From assembly GCF_000011805.1 (NCBI RefSeq), contig NC_006841.2: a DNA stretch of 32,000 nucleotides. One strand, given 5' to 3'. Of this stretch, positions 1 through 9,746 are shown piece by piece. This DNA is from Aliivibrio fischeri ES114 (lineage in GTDB: Bacteria > Pseudomonadota > Gammaproteobacteria > Enterobacterales > Vibrionaceae). Position 1 is the first letter of the stretch. Each line of letters starts with the position of its first letter. The notes below the pieces were generated by a model. It did no database searches. It saw nothing but the letters and a program-made list of their open reading frames with translations, and was not told where the DNA came from. A program made the position numbers and the translations under genes.

Positions 1-1261
1 ATGGGTCTATCGCAGCATTTCCTTCTTGATCATCTTCATAGACGAAAGTCATAATGAAAGTTTTATCAAAATATTTAATTTTCTGTCTATAAGTATGAAA
101 GTGTTGTGTGCAACTTCCTACTTCTACCGTCTCATTGGAAATCAGAATATCTGAGCTTTTGTTTAATAATTGTTGGTCAAGTTGCAAGCAGGTCTGATAG
201 TCAGGATATCTGGCCAACACTTCGTCAACTGGCATTCCGACTAAGCTACATCCAAGGTAGTCGATATGTTTTTGATTATTATAGATTGCCACCCCATGTT
301 CATCTCGTAAAATGAAAAGACAATTACAATGTTTCATTAAATTTGTTGTAAAAAGAATTGATGGGCTTTTAATCCCATCAAGCAATTCTTGATACTTTAA
401 ATTTAACGCGCTTAAATTAAAATTATTATAATCAATACCAAGTAAATTAAATGGGTCTTGACGTTTTAGGTTGCTAAGAGCGACAGTGAGTTCAGTATTA
501 TTTCTAGCAATGTTTACATTATAAATAAAACGATCAATAGGTTCATTGTATTTATTATCACTGTTTAATGGACGATTATTTTTTTCTTTATGTCGTGAAT
601 TAAGTTCATTTAGTTCTAACGGATACGATAAATGATAACCTTGTGATATGACAGATCCAAAAGAATTAATTAAGTTTAACTGATTTATATTTTCAATGCC
701 TTTTATCGCTACTTTATAACCGAGAAATTTATGTAATTTATGATATAAAGAGCGTAAAAAACAAAATGACAAATAGTCATCACTAATTGTACTAATAAGA
801 GCACGATCAATTTTTATATAATCAAAATTGAGTCCTAGTAATGGATCAGAGTGCTTGCATTCTGTTCCATAGTCATCAAGAGTAAAAAGTACGCCTAATG
901 CCTTCAATCGTGACATATTTTGCTTTATTTTCTCTAACTCATAGACTTGGTTTTTGAAGTTAAGTTCTAGAGTAAATCCTTGATGTTGAGAAAATATTTG
1001 TTCGCAATGTTCAACAAACTCATTTGATTCCAGACTTTTTGCGAATACGTTTATCGAAATATGAATGTTTTCGTTGTTTTTTAACGTTAATTTGTCTGAT
1101 ATGACATGCGAAACAACCTCTTTATCAAAAGACGTTTTATCTTCAAGTGATTCAATGAATTCATTTGGAAGAATCGTTGAGTCTTTAAATCTAATTAATG
1201 CTTCGTAAGAAACAATAGAACCTTCAAAGAAGTTAGGCTGATAAATGAAGTATTTATTCAT
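1..1261 (-). CDS. c-di-GMP signalling protein, N-terminal EAL domain plus PAS-like domain (start codon present; 3' end lies beyond the window edge)
   Basis: Not in the supplied ORF track because it has no stop inside the window. I translated the reverse strand by hand from ATG at 1261..1259 and got 420 codons with no stop down to position 2: MNKYFIYQPNFFEGSIVSYEALIRFKD... EAL-family motifs are present: YEALIRF, ISINVF, FTLDDYGTE, DYIKIDRALI, SQGYHLS. The following ~110 aa look PAS-like (LFILRDEHGVAIYNNQKHIDYLG...). The last residues, ...EGNAAIDP, resemble the entry into a GGDEF domain. Confidence 0.85.
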   Translation of the reverse strand, partial: MNKYFIYQPNFFEGSIVSYEALIRFKDSTILPNEFIESLEDKTSFDKEVVSHVISDKLTLKNNENIHISINVFAKSLESNEFVEHCEQIFSQHQGFTLELNFKNQVYELEKIKQNMSRLKALGVLFTLDDYGTECKHSDPLLGLNFDYIKIDRALISTISDDYLSFCFLRSLYHKLHKFLGYKVAIKGIENINQLNLINSFGSVISQGYHLSYPLELNELNSRHKEKNNRPLNSDNKYNEPIDRFIYNVNIARNNTELTVALSNLKRQDPFNLLGIDYNNFNLSALNLKYQELLDGIKSPSILFTTNLMKHCNCLFILRDEHGVAIYNNQKHIDYLGCSLVGMPVDEVLARYPDYQTCLQLDQQLLNKSSDILISNETVEVGSCTQHFHTYRQKIKYFDKTFIMTFVYEDDQEGNAAIDP

Positions 1262-1789
1262 AATCATCGTTATTATTTTACTAGAAAAATTGTCGCTAAT
1301 GTAGCACGCTTTATTTATATTGCCTTTGAATATTTATAGTACAAATCAAGACATTGATCACATTTATAAATTGATTATATATGTATCTGAGAATCCGTGA
1401 TTTATCTAGAGCATTACTATCCACCAAAAGGTGATTATGAATATAACGTTATGAATAAATTAATCTAAAATATTTTAAATTAATGCCTGTTAAGTTGTTG
1501 ATATTTTGTCATTTATCTCTTTTTTGATGTTGAGCCCCACTCCTTACTAACAATTTAGTCATGTAGAATTAACTTTTAATATTACAAATGGAAATGGTTG
1601 TTGACAAAAATATGCGTATTCAAGATCTCTGTGTGAAAAAACAAACTCAAATAAAATGTGATGCATCAGTCGGTTTTCTTTTAAGCCCTGAAGAAGTTTC
1701 ATATATTGAAATGTTATTGGATGTGAAAATCATTTTTGCCAATTCTTTTTCAAATTAAATAGACAATAAACATTAATAAAGGACAAGGT

Positions 1790-3751
1790 TTGAAGCATTT
1801 ACAACGTATTTTTATGAATCTTAAAGTTAGGTATCAAGTTCTATTACCCGTTGTGATCGCCGTATCACTTACAGCGGTGTTATCTATGGTAATAATGAGT
1901 AGCTATGATCGCTTAGAATATAACTCAATATCAATGGACCATAATTCTTCAGATAGTACTAAACTTACAGAAGCTCAAGAAAAATTGTTACATTTAAGAA
2001 TTACGGTTAGTCGTTCGATAGGTATTCCTAGCGAGTTACCTCTTTCATATGCCAAATTTGAAGAAGTAAATAAAATGGTCGCTGACTTTTTCGATGAGGT
2101 AAAAGCATCTGAAAGTAAATTTTCATCATCAGATGACTTTGTAAAAAAAATGGATGAGGTTAAAAGGCTGCTTGATATATATGGTGGGAATTTATCCGAT
2201 AATATTAATTTATATGAGGAAATGAATACCTCATGGGGAGGTTTGCCTTGGATAACCGATTATATTAGTGAAGCGAATCGCCTTATTTTAGAAAGTAATG
2301 CTGATGATTTAGAAAGACAAGAGTGGAATAAAATTAGACAAGAGCTATATGCTTCTACAGCCATTATTGTTGTTAGAATGTCGTCGGTCTATGCGTTAAA
2401 TTTGAGCTCTGACTTTAGAGATGAACTTAATGATAATTTTAATATCATATTTACTCAAACAGCCAAAGTTAAAAATAGAAAAGCAAAAGCAATCTTATTA
2501 AAAGGTTTTAAAGATTACTCATCAGTGAATGATATCTTATGGAAACAAGGACGTTTAATTAACACTAATAATTCTGAATTAGTAGATATTGGTACTAAAG
2601 CCGATTTAATTTTAGCTGGCTTGTTAACGGCTATCATGGATAAAACACATAATTTGAGTCTTGATGCGACTAAGCAAATAAATGAAAGCAAGTCGTTCAT
2701 GCTTCTATTTTTAACCGCTGTTGCTGCATTATCTATTGGGATCGGCTGGTTAGCAGCAAGGATCATTGCTAAACCTATTCTTGAAATACAGAGTCAAATG
2801 AAACTGATTGCTTCCGGTGATTTAACTTACTTAACGAATCTAGAGGGAACAAATGAAGTTGCTCAACTGTGTATAAATACAGATGATACCGTTACCCACT
2901 TAAAAAGTTTGATTAATGATTTAAGGAACGTTGGAGATGAGGTGTCATCCGCTTCAACAGAGCTTGCCGCTGTGATGGTGCAGAGTGAAGCTAATGCCAG
3001 TGATCAAAAATCACAGGTAGAACTAATTGCAGCAGCAGTAACAGAGCTATCAGCCTCTTCTGCGCAAGTTGATGCTTCTGCTTCACAAGCTGATGAGCGA
3101 GCTAAGCATGTTTTAACACTAACCGTTGAAGGTTCAAAAAGTGCTAACGAAAGTGCAAATTTAAGCAGCTCACTTGTACAGCAGATGGACTTAACTTCAA
3201 CTGAAGTATCTAACCTAAAAACTCAAACAGATAAGATCAGTGAAGTGATTACTGTGATTGAATCTATCTCTGAGCAAACAAACCTTTTAGCACTAAATGC
3301 TGCAATTGAAGCGGCAAGAGCTGGTGAGAGTGGGCGAGGGTTCGCTGTCGTTGCTGATGAGGTACGAGTGTTAGCGGCGAAAACACAACAATCAACGCAA
3401 AATATTCAAGAAATAATTGATAACTTACAGCAGAAGTCTGTTGATGTCGTGCAATCTGTTGATGAGTCTATTCAAATTATTCATGAAACAACGAGAATGA
3501 GTGAGGATACAAATCAGAAGTTAGGGGATATATCTGATGCAATAGAAGAAATTACGCATACTAATTCTGAAATGGCTGCTGCTGCAAATGAGCAAAATAG
3601 GGCGATATCTTCTATTAGTGAAAATGTGAATGTTATCAGTGAGAGCATTAATCAAAATGTGGAAGGGATAAAAGAAAGTGCTCAGGCAAGTAGTCACTTA
3701 TCTGAGCTATCTGAAGGGCAGAAATCTAAGTTGGCATTTTTTAATGTATAA
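1790..3751 (+). CDS. methyl-accepting chemotaxis protein (two TM segments, large helical periplasmic domain, HAMP, MA signalling domain)
   Basis: Contains the highly conserved MCP signalling hairpin [35 protein letters not shown]. Hydrophobic segments sit near residues 15-37 and ~300-322, followed by a HAMP-like stretch. TTG at 1790 is preceded by AAGGA (1779-1783); ATG at 1814 is an alternative start. Confidence 0.95.
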   Translation: MKHLQRIFMNLKVRYQVLLPVVIAVSLTAVLSMVIMSSYDRLEYNSISMDHNSSDSTKLTEAQEKLLHLRITVSRSIGIPSELPLSYAKFEEVNKMVADFFDEVKASESKFSSSDDFVKKMDEVKRLLDIYGGNLSDNINLYEEMNTSWGGLPWITDYISEANRLILESNADDLERQEWNKIRQELYASTAIIVVRMSSVYALNLSSDFRDELNDNFNIIFTQTAKVKNRKAKAILLKGFKDYSSVNDILWKQGRLINTNNSELVDIGTKADLILAGLLTAIMDKTHNLSLDATKQINESKSFMLLFLTAVAALSIGIGWLAARIIAKPILEIQSQMKLIASGDLTYLTNLEGTNEVAQLCINTDDTVTHLKSLINDLRNVGDEVSSASTELAAVMVQSEANASDQKSQVELIAAAVTELSASSAQVDASASQADERAKHVLTLTVEGSKSANESANLSSSLVQQMDLTSTEVSNLKTQTDKISEVITVIESISEQTNLLALNAAIEAARAGESGRGFAVVADEVRVLAAKTQQSTQNIQEIIDNLQQKSVDVVQSVDESIQIIHETTRMSEDTNQKLGDISDAIEEITHTNSEMAAAANEQNRAISSISENVNVISESINQNVEGIKESAQASSHLSELSEGQKSKLAFFNV

Positions 3752-3761
3752 AGGGTAATTC

Positions 3762-3792
3762 AATAGGCTGTATTTATGAAATACAGCCTATT
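3762..3792. terminator. bidirectional hairpin terminator between the convergent MCP and ToxR-like genes
   Basis: Perfect 14-bp inverted repeat, aataggctgtattt (3762-3775) and aaatacagcctatt (3779-3792), with a 3-nt loop. It lies in the 42-bp gap between two convergent stop codons. Confidence 0.7.
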
Positions 3793-3793
3793 A

Positions 3794-4957
3794 CTATTTA
3801 TAGCAAAAAGTTAAATATGCGATATTTGTATTTTCCATATAGATATAATTAACCCCGTTTCCCATTGGATATATGTGATTAAAATAAGTAGAGTGCTTGC
3901 CATTTTTTAAAAGTGGGAAAGCATAGAGCTGATTTTGATCTTTTATGGTTCCAAATTGTTGACGTCCAGACTTAATCCCACTGTATTTTTCATCCCGACT
4001 TATTTTGCCAATGTAATGTGTAATAGGTTGATTTTTAACTTTTTCTGTTTCTACGTTTAGATTTACAGAGTAGCCAAAGCTACCAATGTATCCCGATTCT
4101 TTTACATAAGCAGATAACTCCGCCTTGTATTGATTATTATTTAATTTAGTCACATCATAATTAATAAATACATGCCCAGAATAAGCACTATTATTTAAAG
4201 CTCTTAAATTAATGCTGCTTGATACTTTATAATTTCCATCTTTGCTAGAATTATAAAAAATTGGTTCACCTATCGGTTTGTTAAATTTAAATTCAATATT
4301 ACTTATTAGCTTATTTATATCGATATTTTCATTGCTATCATCAATAAAAAATATTTTATTATATATGCTTGAACACTCTTGGTTTGTCATTTTACACGCA
4401 GATAAACTCAATACTTTATCTTGTATGTTTATGAAATATCTTATGTTTTTGTCTAGTGTTTCTGGATTTATTACAACAGGTTTTGAGTTTGATGTTTGAT
4501 AGATATTGTCGCTTACTTTGATTAAGGATTGATTAATCTTAGGTTGAAGATCGGGTTCAAATGTATAGGTATGGTATGCCAGAAATGACGTGGCAATTAC
4601 TCCCATCGTGAAGCCGAGCTTTTTCTTTTTTGTTGAAAAGCATGGTTTTGTATTGGAGGTTGCTTTGTATCCCTTTCCTTTCACTGTATCTATGGCGTCA
4701 ATGCCATCTCGATATAATTTTTTGCGTAAAATTGAGATGGCTTGGGGTACTACGCTGGTATTGTTATTTAGCTCTTGATCCCAAGCATAATTAAGAATTT
4801 CTTCTTTACTAAATACTTGTTTTGGCGCTAATAAAAGCAACGTTAATATCTTACATTCGGTTTCTGTTAACTTTATTTCATTATTTTTTTTTGAAATCGA
4901 GTTATCCGCGATGTTCAATATGAAATCGCGGTGCTCAATTTTTATTCGTTTAAGCAT
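3794..4957 (-). CDS. ToxR/CadC-type membrane-anchored one-component transcriptional regulator (cytoplasmic OmpR-type winged helix, one TM helix, ~250-aa periplasmic domain), paralogue 1
   Basis: The N-terminal winged-helix pattern has no receiver domain: KLTETECKILTLLLLAPKQVFSKEEILNYAW...VVPQAISILRKKL...VKGKGYKA. A basic stretch (KKKK) is followed by one hydrophobic helix (LGFTMGVIATSFLAY), then a long Asn/Ser-rich C-terminal domain. The protein aligns along its full length with the product of 20138..21238. Confidence 0.8.
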   Translation of the reverse strand: MLKRIKIEHRDFILNIADNSISKKNNEIKLTETECKILTLLLLAPKQVFSKEEILNYAWDQELNNNTSVVPQAISILRKKLYRDGIDAIDTVKGKGYKATSNTKPCFSTKKKKLGFTMGVIATSFLAYHTYTFEPDLQPKINQSLIKVSDNIYQTSNSKPVVINPETLDKNIRYFINIQDKVLSLSACKMTNQECSSIYNKIFFIDDSNENIDINKLISNIEFKFNKPIGEPIFYNSSKDGNYKVSSSINLRALNNSAYSGHVFINYDVTKLNNNQYKAELSAYVKESGYIGSFGYSVNLNVETEKVKNQPITHYIGKISRDEKYSGIKSGRQQFGTIKDQNQLYAFPLLKNGKHSTYFNHIYPMGNGVNYIYMENTNIAYLTFCYK

Positions 4958-5200
4958 AGAGTGAATAGACTGTATTTTATATATTCGATGTATTAATTGT
5001 TATTATATATAAGATTGTCAATACCGATGTCAAGTTTGTATCAAAAATGAACACTATATTTCTAAGTATTTGATTTTGATCACTTATTGTTACTCTTTGT
5101 ATTTTAAGGATAAATATTTTTTCTTGTTGTTATGGAGTTTGGTAATGTTTTGGTATTTTTCTTGTGAATTTATAATTTAATTTTAATTGGTTTTGGTGAT

Positions 5201-5225
5201 ATTTGTGGGTGTTATACCCACAAAT
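5201..5225 (-). terminator. hairpin just downstream of glpC (possible terminator; no clear U-tract)
   Basis: Inverted repeat atttgtggg (5201-5209) and cccacaaat (5217-5225), 9 nt downstream of the glpC stop. There is no T-run on either strand, so termination is uncertain. Confidence 0.35.
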
Positions 5226-5234
5226 ATACAAAGG

Positions 5235-6506
5235 TTAGATTAGAGCTTCACAAAGCAGTGAAATAGGATGGATGGTTGTGGTGTTAGTGTTTTCTTCGAT
5301 TTGCCATTTACAAGTTTCACAATCAGTAATTGCGTAATCAGGTTTGGCAGCTTTAATTTTGTCGAATATATTCTTACCTATCGCAACTGATGTTTCGTAG
5401 TTTTCAGTTTTAAATCCATAAGTGCCCGCTAAACCACAGCATTCACTATCTAATACCTGCACCTCTAAGCCAGGAATTGCTCGGAGTAACTCAATAGTAT
5501 AAATATTGCCGCCACTGCGTTCTAAGTGACAAGGAGTGTGATAAACAATTTTCTTATTTAGAGGCTTCATTTTAGGTCCTCGACCATTCATGATTTCTTT
5601 TAATAAGAAACGAGTAACGTATTCAATCTTTTTGGCTACTTTAGTGTTATCTACATCTAGAACATGAGGGTACTCTTGTTGCAAAGTAAATGAACAGGTT
5701 GAAGAGGTGGATAGAATCGGAACATCTTGACGTTCAATCGCAGCTTCTAAGTTAGCCACATTAAATTCTGCATTCTTCTGTGCTTTTTTATGAAAACCAT
5801 TAGCAATAAGAGGGACACCACAACATTTTTCTTTATCTAACAATTGAACCCCGATGTTCATATTGTTCATTACTTTAATGAAGTCTTTACCTAGTTGTGG
5901 ATGGTTGTAGTTGACAAAACAGCCATGAAAATAATGCACTTGTCGCTCAAATACACTCTGATCATTCACTTCTTTTTTATACCATTTTCTAAAAGTACCA
6001 TGAGAGTATTTAGGCAGTGATTTATGATCATGTACACCAATGGTTTTATGCATTACTTTTTTTACTAAAGGAACGCTGGTAACTGCGTTTACAACAGGTG
6101 CTACAGGAGTGGCAATTGAACCAAATAGATCCGTATGACTTAATACAAAATCACGAAGACCTTTCATGTTGTATGCTGGCTTGCCATATTTTCCACGAGC
6201 AACTGCAATCATGTCGCCAATTTTTACCCCAGATGGACAAGCGGTTTCACAACGTTTGCAATTTGTGCAAAGTTTAAGGGTTTCATCATAGTATTCTGGG
6301 CTTTTAAAGCGTAGGCGTTCGCCATCTGGTCCGCATTGTTTTGGCCCTGGATAATCAGGGTTTTCTTTTGCTACTGGACAATAGACGGTACAAACGGTGC
6401 ATTTTAAACATTGATCAAAACTGGTATTCGCGGGTGCTCTAAAAATAAGATTGTCTTTTAATACACTGTCTTTTAGAAAAGACGACTTAAATAATGGGCT
6501 GCTCAT
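5235..6506 (-). CDS. glpC: anaerobic glycerol-3-phosphate dehydrogenase subunit C (Fe-S subunit)
   Basis: Two ferredoxin-type motifs (CLKCTVCTVYCP and CTNCKRCETACP) plus two Cys-rich CCG-type regions (KCCGVP, ECCGLAG). Its start overlaps the glpB stop (ATGA, 6503-6506). It is third in the conserved glpA-glpB-glpC order. Confidence 0.95.
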   Translation of the reverse strand: MSSPLFKSSFLKDSVLKDNLIFRAPANTSFDQCLKCTVCTVYCPVAKENPDYPGPKQCGPDGERLRFKSPEYYDETLKLCTNCKRCETACPSGVKIGDMIAVARGKYGKPAYNMKGLRDFVLSHTDLFGSIATPVAPVVNAVTSVPLVKKVMHKTIGVHDHKSLPKYSHGTFRKWYKKEVNDQSVFERQVHYFHGCFVNYNHPQLGKDFIKVMNNMNIGVQLLDKEKCCGVPLIANGFHKKAQKNAEFNVANLEAAIERQDVPILSTSSTCSFTLQQEYPHVLDVDNTKVAKKIEYVTRFLLKEIMNGRGPKMKPLNKKIVYHTPCHLERSGGNIYTIELLRAIPGLEVQVLDSECCGLAGTYGFKTENYETSVAIGKNIFDKIKAAKPDYAITDCETCKWQIEENTNTTTIHPISLLCEALI

Positions 6507-7870
6507 AACGCGACCTCTGCTTTCGTATTGTTATTTTGTAAAGAGTCGCTGCACTGTAATTGCTCTATGATAGATTCTGCAGCGTGAAAGCCTGAACTAA
6601 TTGCAACACCACTACCGCTACCTTCTAATATCGGATTATAGCCAGATAGAATTGCGCCAGCGCAGTATAAATTATCGATCACATGACCTGATTTAATCGC
6701 TTGGAAATTAGCTGTAGTCTTAATACCCATACTTAAAAATGGGTGTGATTGAGTACTAAAAAAATCGTGGCTATACCAATCCGTTCTTTTATCACTTTGT
6801 GCTATATCCAATCCAAAGATGGGTTCAATCATTGAATCAACATTCGCCTTTAATCCTTGGCTAAAAAAGCTGCCAGTGGCTAAGACAAACTGTTTGGCTT
6901 GTAGCGGAAAATCGCCATGGTTTTTAGTGAAAAGACGATTTAAACGATAGTGAGAATGCTCAGGATCACTCTTATCCACATAAGAAAACTCCCCTTGAAC
7001 GACATGATCACCATTTAACATGGTGCCACCTAGCTCAATAAAGGCGTGTTTCATGCTTTCTTCTAAGCGTATACCTAGTAGTGAAGGCGGCATAGTAGGT
7101 ACTTCGCATAGTGTTAGCTTAGTTAATTGCTCAATTTCACGAAGGTAGCTTAATCCCGTGCCATTTCCAAAAATAGATGGGAGTACAACTAAATCACCTG
7201 GATTGGCGTGTTGCTGTAAAGCGTAAGCTAGCTCTTGACGGTTTGCTCGTTTAGATAATAAGCGAGATATATCGATAGAGCGTAATTCACAATGATTACG
7301 TTGAATATCATTAAATGCAGAAAGGGATATGCTCGCTGTTGCTATTTCAAGATCAGATAATTGAGTGATCTGTTTTAAATTGTCTTGAGCCAGTTTAGGT
7401 TGGAAATCACGAAAGCCATCAATAGTAATCAACACCATTTTTTGTGTTTTGTTTTTTTCTAAATCCATAGGGAATTGATGTACAAAAGGTTGTGATAACC
7501 ACGTTGATTTCATTGTTCCTAATGGTGTTAGACGGTAGTGATTCAAACCATCTTTTTGGGATGTTAAAGGAACACCAATAGCTGATAATGTTGTTTTATA
7601 CCAATTGATAGCCCGTTCTACGGTCTCTTTACCCAATGCTGCGTAGGGGTGAGACGGATACTCTTTCGAAAAAGTTTCGAGACTATCCATTGGATTAATA
7701 ACATGCTTACCTGAGGGGGTTTTGGCAAGAACATCAATCGAACCTGATGAGAAATGCAAAGCGCTTTGACCTGAGGCAATCACTGCGGTCTTTAGTCCTG
7801 CTTCTAAGCAACGTAAAGCACAGCTTAAACCAGCCATGCCGCCGCCGATGATAATGGTGTCGAAATTCAT
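6503..7870 (-). CDS. glpB: anaerobic glycerol-3-phosphate dehydrogenase subunit B
   Basis: N-terminal FAD dinucleotide fold MNFDTIIIGGGMAGLSCA. It is translationally coupled to glpA and glpC by ATGA overlaps at both ends. Confidence 0.93.
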   Translation of the reverse strand: MNFDTIIIGGGMAGLSCALRCLEAGLKTAVIASGQSALHFSSGSIDVLAKTPSGKHVINPMDSLETFSKEYPSHPYAALGKETVERAINWYKTTLSAIGVPLTSQKDGLNHYRLTPLGTMKSTWLSQPFVHQFPMDLEKNKTQKMVLITIDGFRDFQPKLAQDNLKQITQLSDLEIATASISLSAFNDIQRNHCELRSIDISRLLSKRANRQELAYALQQHANPGDLVVLPSIFGNGTGLSYLREIEQLTKLTLCEVPTMPPSLLGIRLEESMKHAFIELGGTMLNGDHVVQGEFSYVDKSDPEHSHYRLNRLFTKNHGDFPLQAKQFVLATGSFFSQGLKANVDSMIEPIFGLDIAQSDKRTDWYSHDFFSTQSHPFLSMGIKTTANFQAIKSGHVIDNLYCAGAILSGYNPILEGSGSGVAISSGFHAAESIIEQLQCSDSLQNNNTKAEVAL

Positions 7871-9519
7871 AATGTTGCCTCTTTTGATTCTTGTTCAGAG
7901 TGTTGGTTTGGAATGTCACTTGCTCCGAACAGACCTTCATAAATCCAATAGCTAAATTCTGCTTCTCGTAGTGCATCTCCCCAGAATACAGGTTTGATGC
8001 CTTTCCAGCGTTCTTCTAAAAAGTGAGTCAATAGTTGGCTTGATTGGTTACCACTGATTTGTCCGCATTCTTCAAATAGTCCAGCGGCACGATAGGTACA
8101 TAGTTCCCCTTGGCAGGGGCCCATACCTAAGCGAGTACGACGACGAAGATCAACTAGGTTGTGAACATCTAATTGGTTAATGGCGTAGTTAATTTCACCT
8201 TGGGTTACCATTTCGCATTCACAGATCACGGCTTGATCTTTAGCTTCATCGGTTAAAAACTGTTGAGCACGTTCACCGTGTCGATAAATCGCACTTTGGT
8301 AAACCGGTTTTGCAATACTTGCGGTTTTTTTTGCGGTAATTGATGCGCCATTTGATCCCGGTAGTGGACGAATATGAGTGGTACACTCTTGTGTATTTCC
8401 TAGCTTATTAGCCACAAGATCTGTTGTCATTTCTGCCATTAAACGAGAGGTCATTAGTTTACCGCCGGTAATGGTTGTAAATCCGTCTAAACCGTCTTTT
8501 TCACCGTGGTCGAGTAGCACTATGCCGCGACTGATGTTTCGGCCTGTACCGTCGTCGTCAACAGCAACTAATGGGCGGACTCCAGCATAGGCGCGTAAAA
8601 CTCGTGTATTTGCCATGATTGGTGCGAGTTTTGCTCCTTCACGCATGAGAATATCAACTTCTTTAGCACTTACATGCAAATCATCAATCTTGTCATAATC
8701 AATGTGTTCTGATGTGGTTCCGATAAGAGAAATCGTATCCCCTGGTACTAAAATATCGGCATCAGAGGGTTTACGGCAACGGTTAATCACTAAGTTATTA
8801 ATACGATAATCTAAGATCAGTAATGAACCTTTTGCTGGAAACATTTTGATGCTCAAATCGGCGTATTCACAAATATTTTGTCCCCAAATACCAGCGGCAT
8901 TAATCACTTGTTGTGCAAAGATTTCAATTTTCTGATTGGTCTTTACATCAATACAGTTCACTCCGAGCACCGTATCTTGATGTCGAATAAGGGAAGTTAC
9001 ATGGGTATGTGTGAGCAAACGCGCACCATTTTCTTTCGCATCCAGGACATTCGCTGCACATAAACGAAAAGGATCGAGCGTTCCATCTGGGACTTGAACG
9101 GCGCCAATTAAATCAGGATTCACGTTTGGCTCAAGTAATAACGCTTCTTTTGGTGTAAGTTGTTTTGCCTCAATACCAGCAGATCCGCATGAATCAATAA
9201 ACTGTTTTTGAAAATCTAAGTCATCATCAGGAAGTGAGATAAATAAGCCTTGCGTATCTTCAACACAATGCTTAGCAATGGTTTTTAAGATCTTGTTTTC
9301 ATGGATACATTCTTTTGCTGATTCGTTATCTGTCACGGCATAGCGGGCGCCAGAGTGAAGTAAGCCATGGTTGCGACCTGTGGTACCAGAAGCTAAATCG
9401 TCTTTCTCAATTAAAATACAATCGATACCTCGCAAAGCACAATCACGCATAATTCCGGAGCCTGTTGCTCCGCCACCAATAATGATAACGGAAGTTTCTA
9501 ATCGAGAAGTTTTGTTCAT
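7867..9519 (-). CDS. glpA: anaerobic glycerol-3-phosphate dehydrogenase subunit A (FAD subunit)
   Basis: Contains SVIIIGGGATGSGIMRDCALRG (FAD fold). The C-terminal BFD-like 2Fe-2S region CECEMV...CQGELC is typical of GlpA. First gene of the glpABC operon. Confidence 0.95.
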   Translation of the reverse strand: MNKTSRLETSVIIIGGGATGSGIMRDCALRGIDCILIEKDDLASGTTGRNHGLLHSGARYAVTDNESAKECIHENKILKTIAKHCVEDTQGLFISLPDDDLDFQKQFIDSCGSAGIEAKQLTPKEALLLEPNVNPDLIGAVQVPDGTLDPFRLCAANVLDAKENGARLLTHTHVTSLIRHQDTVLGVNCIDVKTNQKIEIFAQQVINAAGIWGQNICEYADLSIKMFPAKGSLLILDYRINNLVINRCRKPSDADILVPGDTISLIGTTSEHIDYDKIDDLHVSAKEVDILMREGAKLAPIMANTRVLRAYAGVRPLVAVDDDGTGRNISRGIVLLDHGEKDGLDGFTTITGGKLMTSRLMAEMTTDLVANKLGNTQECTTHIRPLPGSNGASITAKKTASIAKPVYQSAIYRHGERAQQFLTDEAKDQAVICECEMVTQGEINYAINQLDVHNLVDLRRRTRLGMGPCQGELCTYRAAGLFEECGQISGNQSSQLLTHFLEERWKGIKPVFWGDALREAEFSYWIYEGLFGASDIPNQHSEQESKEATL

Positions 9520-9570
9520 AATTTAGTCTCTTTTTTTACCACTTTTGATGTATGAAATCATCATGATATT

Positions 9571-9673
9571 AATGTTCGACACATTCTTTGATCTAACGCA
9601 AAAATGCTCGTTCGCGCATTCGTCTCGTTTTCGTTTTGGTGGATATGTCACATAGAAATAAATGAACGAACAG
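9571..9673. promoter_or_regulatory. cluster of GlpR(DeoR)-operator-like elements upstream of glpA
   Basis: Palindrome AATGTtcgacACATT (9571-9585). Palindrome AATGCtcgttcgcGCATT (9603-9620). Half-site-like AATGAACGAACAG (9661-9673). All contain TGTTCG/CGAACA-type cores like the E. coli GlpR half-site WATGTTCGWT (recalled from memory), but the spacing differs from the E. coli 20-mer. Confidence 0.35.
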
Positions 9674-9746
9674 AAAAAAGTTGAAAATTGAGAGGGGTAA
9701 TGAGAATAAATGTCGTTTGTTGAGTTGGGATTTTGTAAAGATACGA

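Noticed and set aside
106-315. 69-aa + strand ORF in the track
   Set aside because: It lies entirely antisense to the 420-codon EAL/PAS ORF, which has clear family motifs. It has no SD and its sequence is not protein-like.
1588-1758. 56-codon ORF (MEMVVDKNMRIQDLCVKK...) in the spacer upstream of the MCP gene
   Set aside because: It has no SD and no recognisable motif, and it is short enough to arise by chance. It could be real, but I cannot support it.
4884-4892. A9 run in codons ~23-25 of ToxR-like paralogue 1 as a phase-variation switch (also A8 at 2143-2150 in the MCP and A8 at 8335-8342 in glpA)
   Set aside because: A/T homopolymers of 8-9 nt occur in several housekeeping genes of this AT-rich window, so they are background composition. 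Without population data there is no reason to single one out.
9588-9601. FNR-like box TTGATctaaCGCAA upstream of glpA
   Set aside because: It matches the consensus TTGAT-N4-ATCAA at 8 of 10 positions. However, its centre sits roughly at -35 relative to the best -10 candidate (TAATAT) on the glpA strand, not at the -41.5 expected for class II activation. Too weak to call.
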